DNA of 24,000 bases from an uncultured Desulfofustis sp. GTDB taxonomy: Bacteria > Desulfobacterota > Desulfobulbia > Desulfobulbales > Desulfocapsaceae. Below are positions 23,396 to 24,000 of the stretch, one piece after another (position 1 is the stretch's first letter; every line of letters begins with the position of its first letter). Made by a program: the position numbers and the translations under genes. The notes under the pieces are model-generated. The model was not told the DNA's origin. It was given only the letters and a program-made list of their open reading frames with translations, and searched no databases. The stretch spans positions 6,384 to 30,383 of the forward strand of contig CAJQNS010000074.1 of assembly GCA_905479735.1 (NCBI GenBank). The letters run 5' to 3'.

Positions 23396-24000
23396 ATGGA
23401 CAAAAAAGGTGCCATATTTCTAATTCTGTTTTTTCTGCTGCCTGCAGCCTGCGGTGAAAATCCTGTCCAGACTGGAGTTGAAGAAGCCCCTGTCGATACC
23501 GATCGGGAGAAAATCGCTCAATTGCTGAAGCCGAACAGCAAAAAAGAGCTCGAGCACAATACGGCCACAGCCTCACCTGCTGAGGGGGCTTCCTACCTGC
23601 ACAAAGATCAGGTCCCTGCGAGGCTGGCCGAATCAGCCGTGGTCATGGATCAGCGTCATTATCCCACTCCATATCCAGGGCCTGATCTCAGGCCGCCGGG
23701 CAAATGGAACCGGGAATCTTATGAACCGATTGAGGATAACCGGTTCATCAATAGTCTCAATGACCCACTGTCGACCTTTTCAATCGATGTGGACACCGCT
23801 TCCTATGCCAATGTCAGACGGTTTATCACCGGCGGTTCACTGCCTCCCAGGGGTGCTGTCCGCACTGAAGAGATGCTCAACTATTTCACTTACACGATGG
23901 CGGAACCTGAAAAGAATCAACCTTTTTCGCTCCAGGTGGAAACGGGCCCGAGCCCTTTTCATCAGGGTTATAAACTGGTTAAAATCGGTCTCAAAGCCAG
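23396..24000 (+). CDS. YfbK-like von Willebrand factor type A (VWA) lipoprotein, N-terminal part; 3'-truncated by the window edge
   Basis: AAGGAG lies 7 nt upstream of the ATG. Lipoprotein signal MDKKGAIFLILFFLLPAAC. The conserved N-terminal module STFSIDVDTASYANVRRFITGGSLPPRGAVRTEEMLNYFTY is typical of YfbK-type VWA proteins. The frame is open to base 24000 and the ORF is absent from the ORF track because it is incomplete. Confidence 0.8.
   Translation, partial: MDKKGAIFLILFFLLPAACGENPVQTGVEEAPVDTDREKIAQLLKPNSKKELEHNTATASPAEGASYLHKDQVPARLAESAVVMDQRHYPTPYPGPDLRPPGKWNRESYEPIEDNRFINSLNDPLSTFSIDVDTASYANVRRFITGGSLPPRGAVRTEEMLNYFTYTMAEPEKNQPFSLQVETGPSPFHQGYKLVKIGLKA

Overview
No database search was run; every call rests on motifs I recognise by eye, the supplied ORF track and hand-folded hairpins. 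The window is a densely coding chromosomal segment. Gene content (hgcAB, an NrfC/NrfD-type respiratory module) suggests an anaerobic Desulfobacterota-type bacterium, but that is inference.

Gene order, left to right:
- HybA/NrfC-like FeS subunit (5'-truncated) and an NrfD/PsrC-like membrane subunit (+).
- Two small paralogous membrane proteins behind a candidate sigma-54 promoter (+).
- A minus-strand run: MinD/ParA-HDOD fusion protein, COG4671-like glycosyltransferase, NlpC/P60 lipoprotein, MOFRL glycerate kinase.
- GT4 glycosyltransferase and a Na/Pi cotransporter (+).
- Malonyl-CoA decarboxylase (-).
- A divergent ilvC/ilvY pair of enterobacterial type, with a perfect operator-like palindrome and a clean ilvC terminator.
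- surE (+).
- Two near-identical copies of an unexplained intergenic repeat, with a third diverged copy at about 12.9 kb.
- The mercury-methylation pair hgcA-hgcB (-).
- A beta-CASP MBL ribonuclease (+), a glycine-zipper lipoprotein (-) and pyrF (-).
- A ZAS anti-sigma factor and an unusually long sigma-70-family protein (-), divergent from a YfbK-like VWA lipoprotein (+, 3'-truncated).

The stand-out observation is in hgcB. The ORF-track stop is an in-frame TGA at codon 73, the position where, from memory, HgcB carries a functionally essential Cys. Reading through gives 20 more codons ending in the family-typical C-terminal Cys-Cys and tandem stops. A SECIS-like hairpin with an apical GGU lies at the expected distance. 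This makes a selenocysteine-containing HgcB plausible, and I do not know of one having been described. The 5' end of hgcA is also unresolved, and a second in-frame TGA lies upstream of it.
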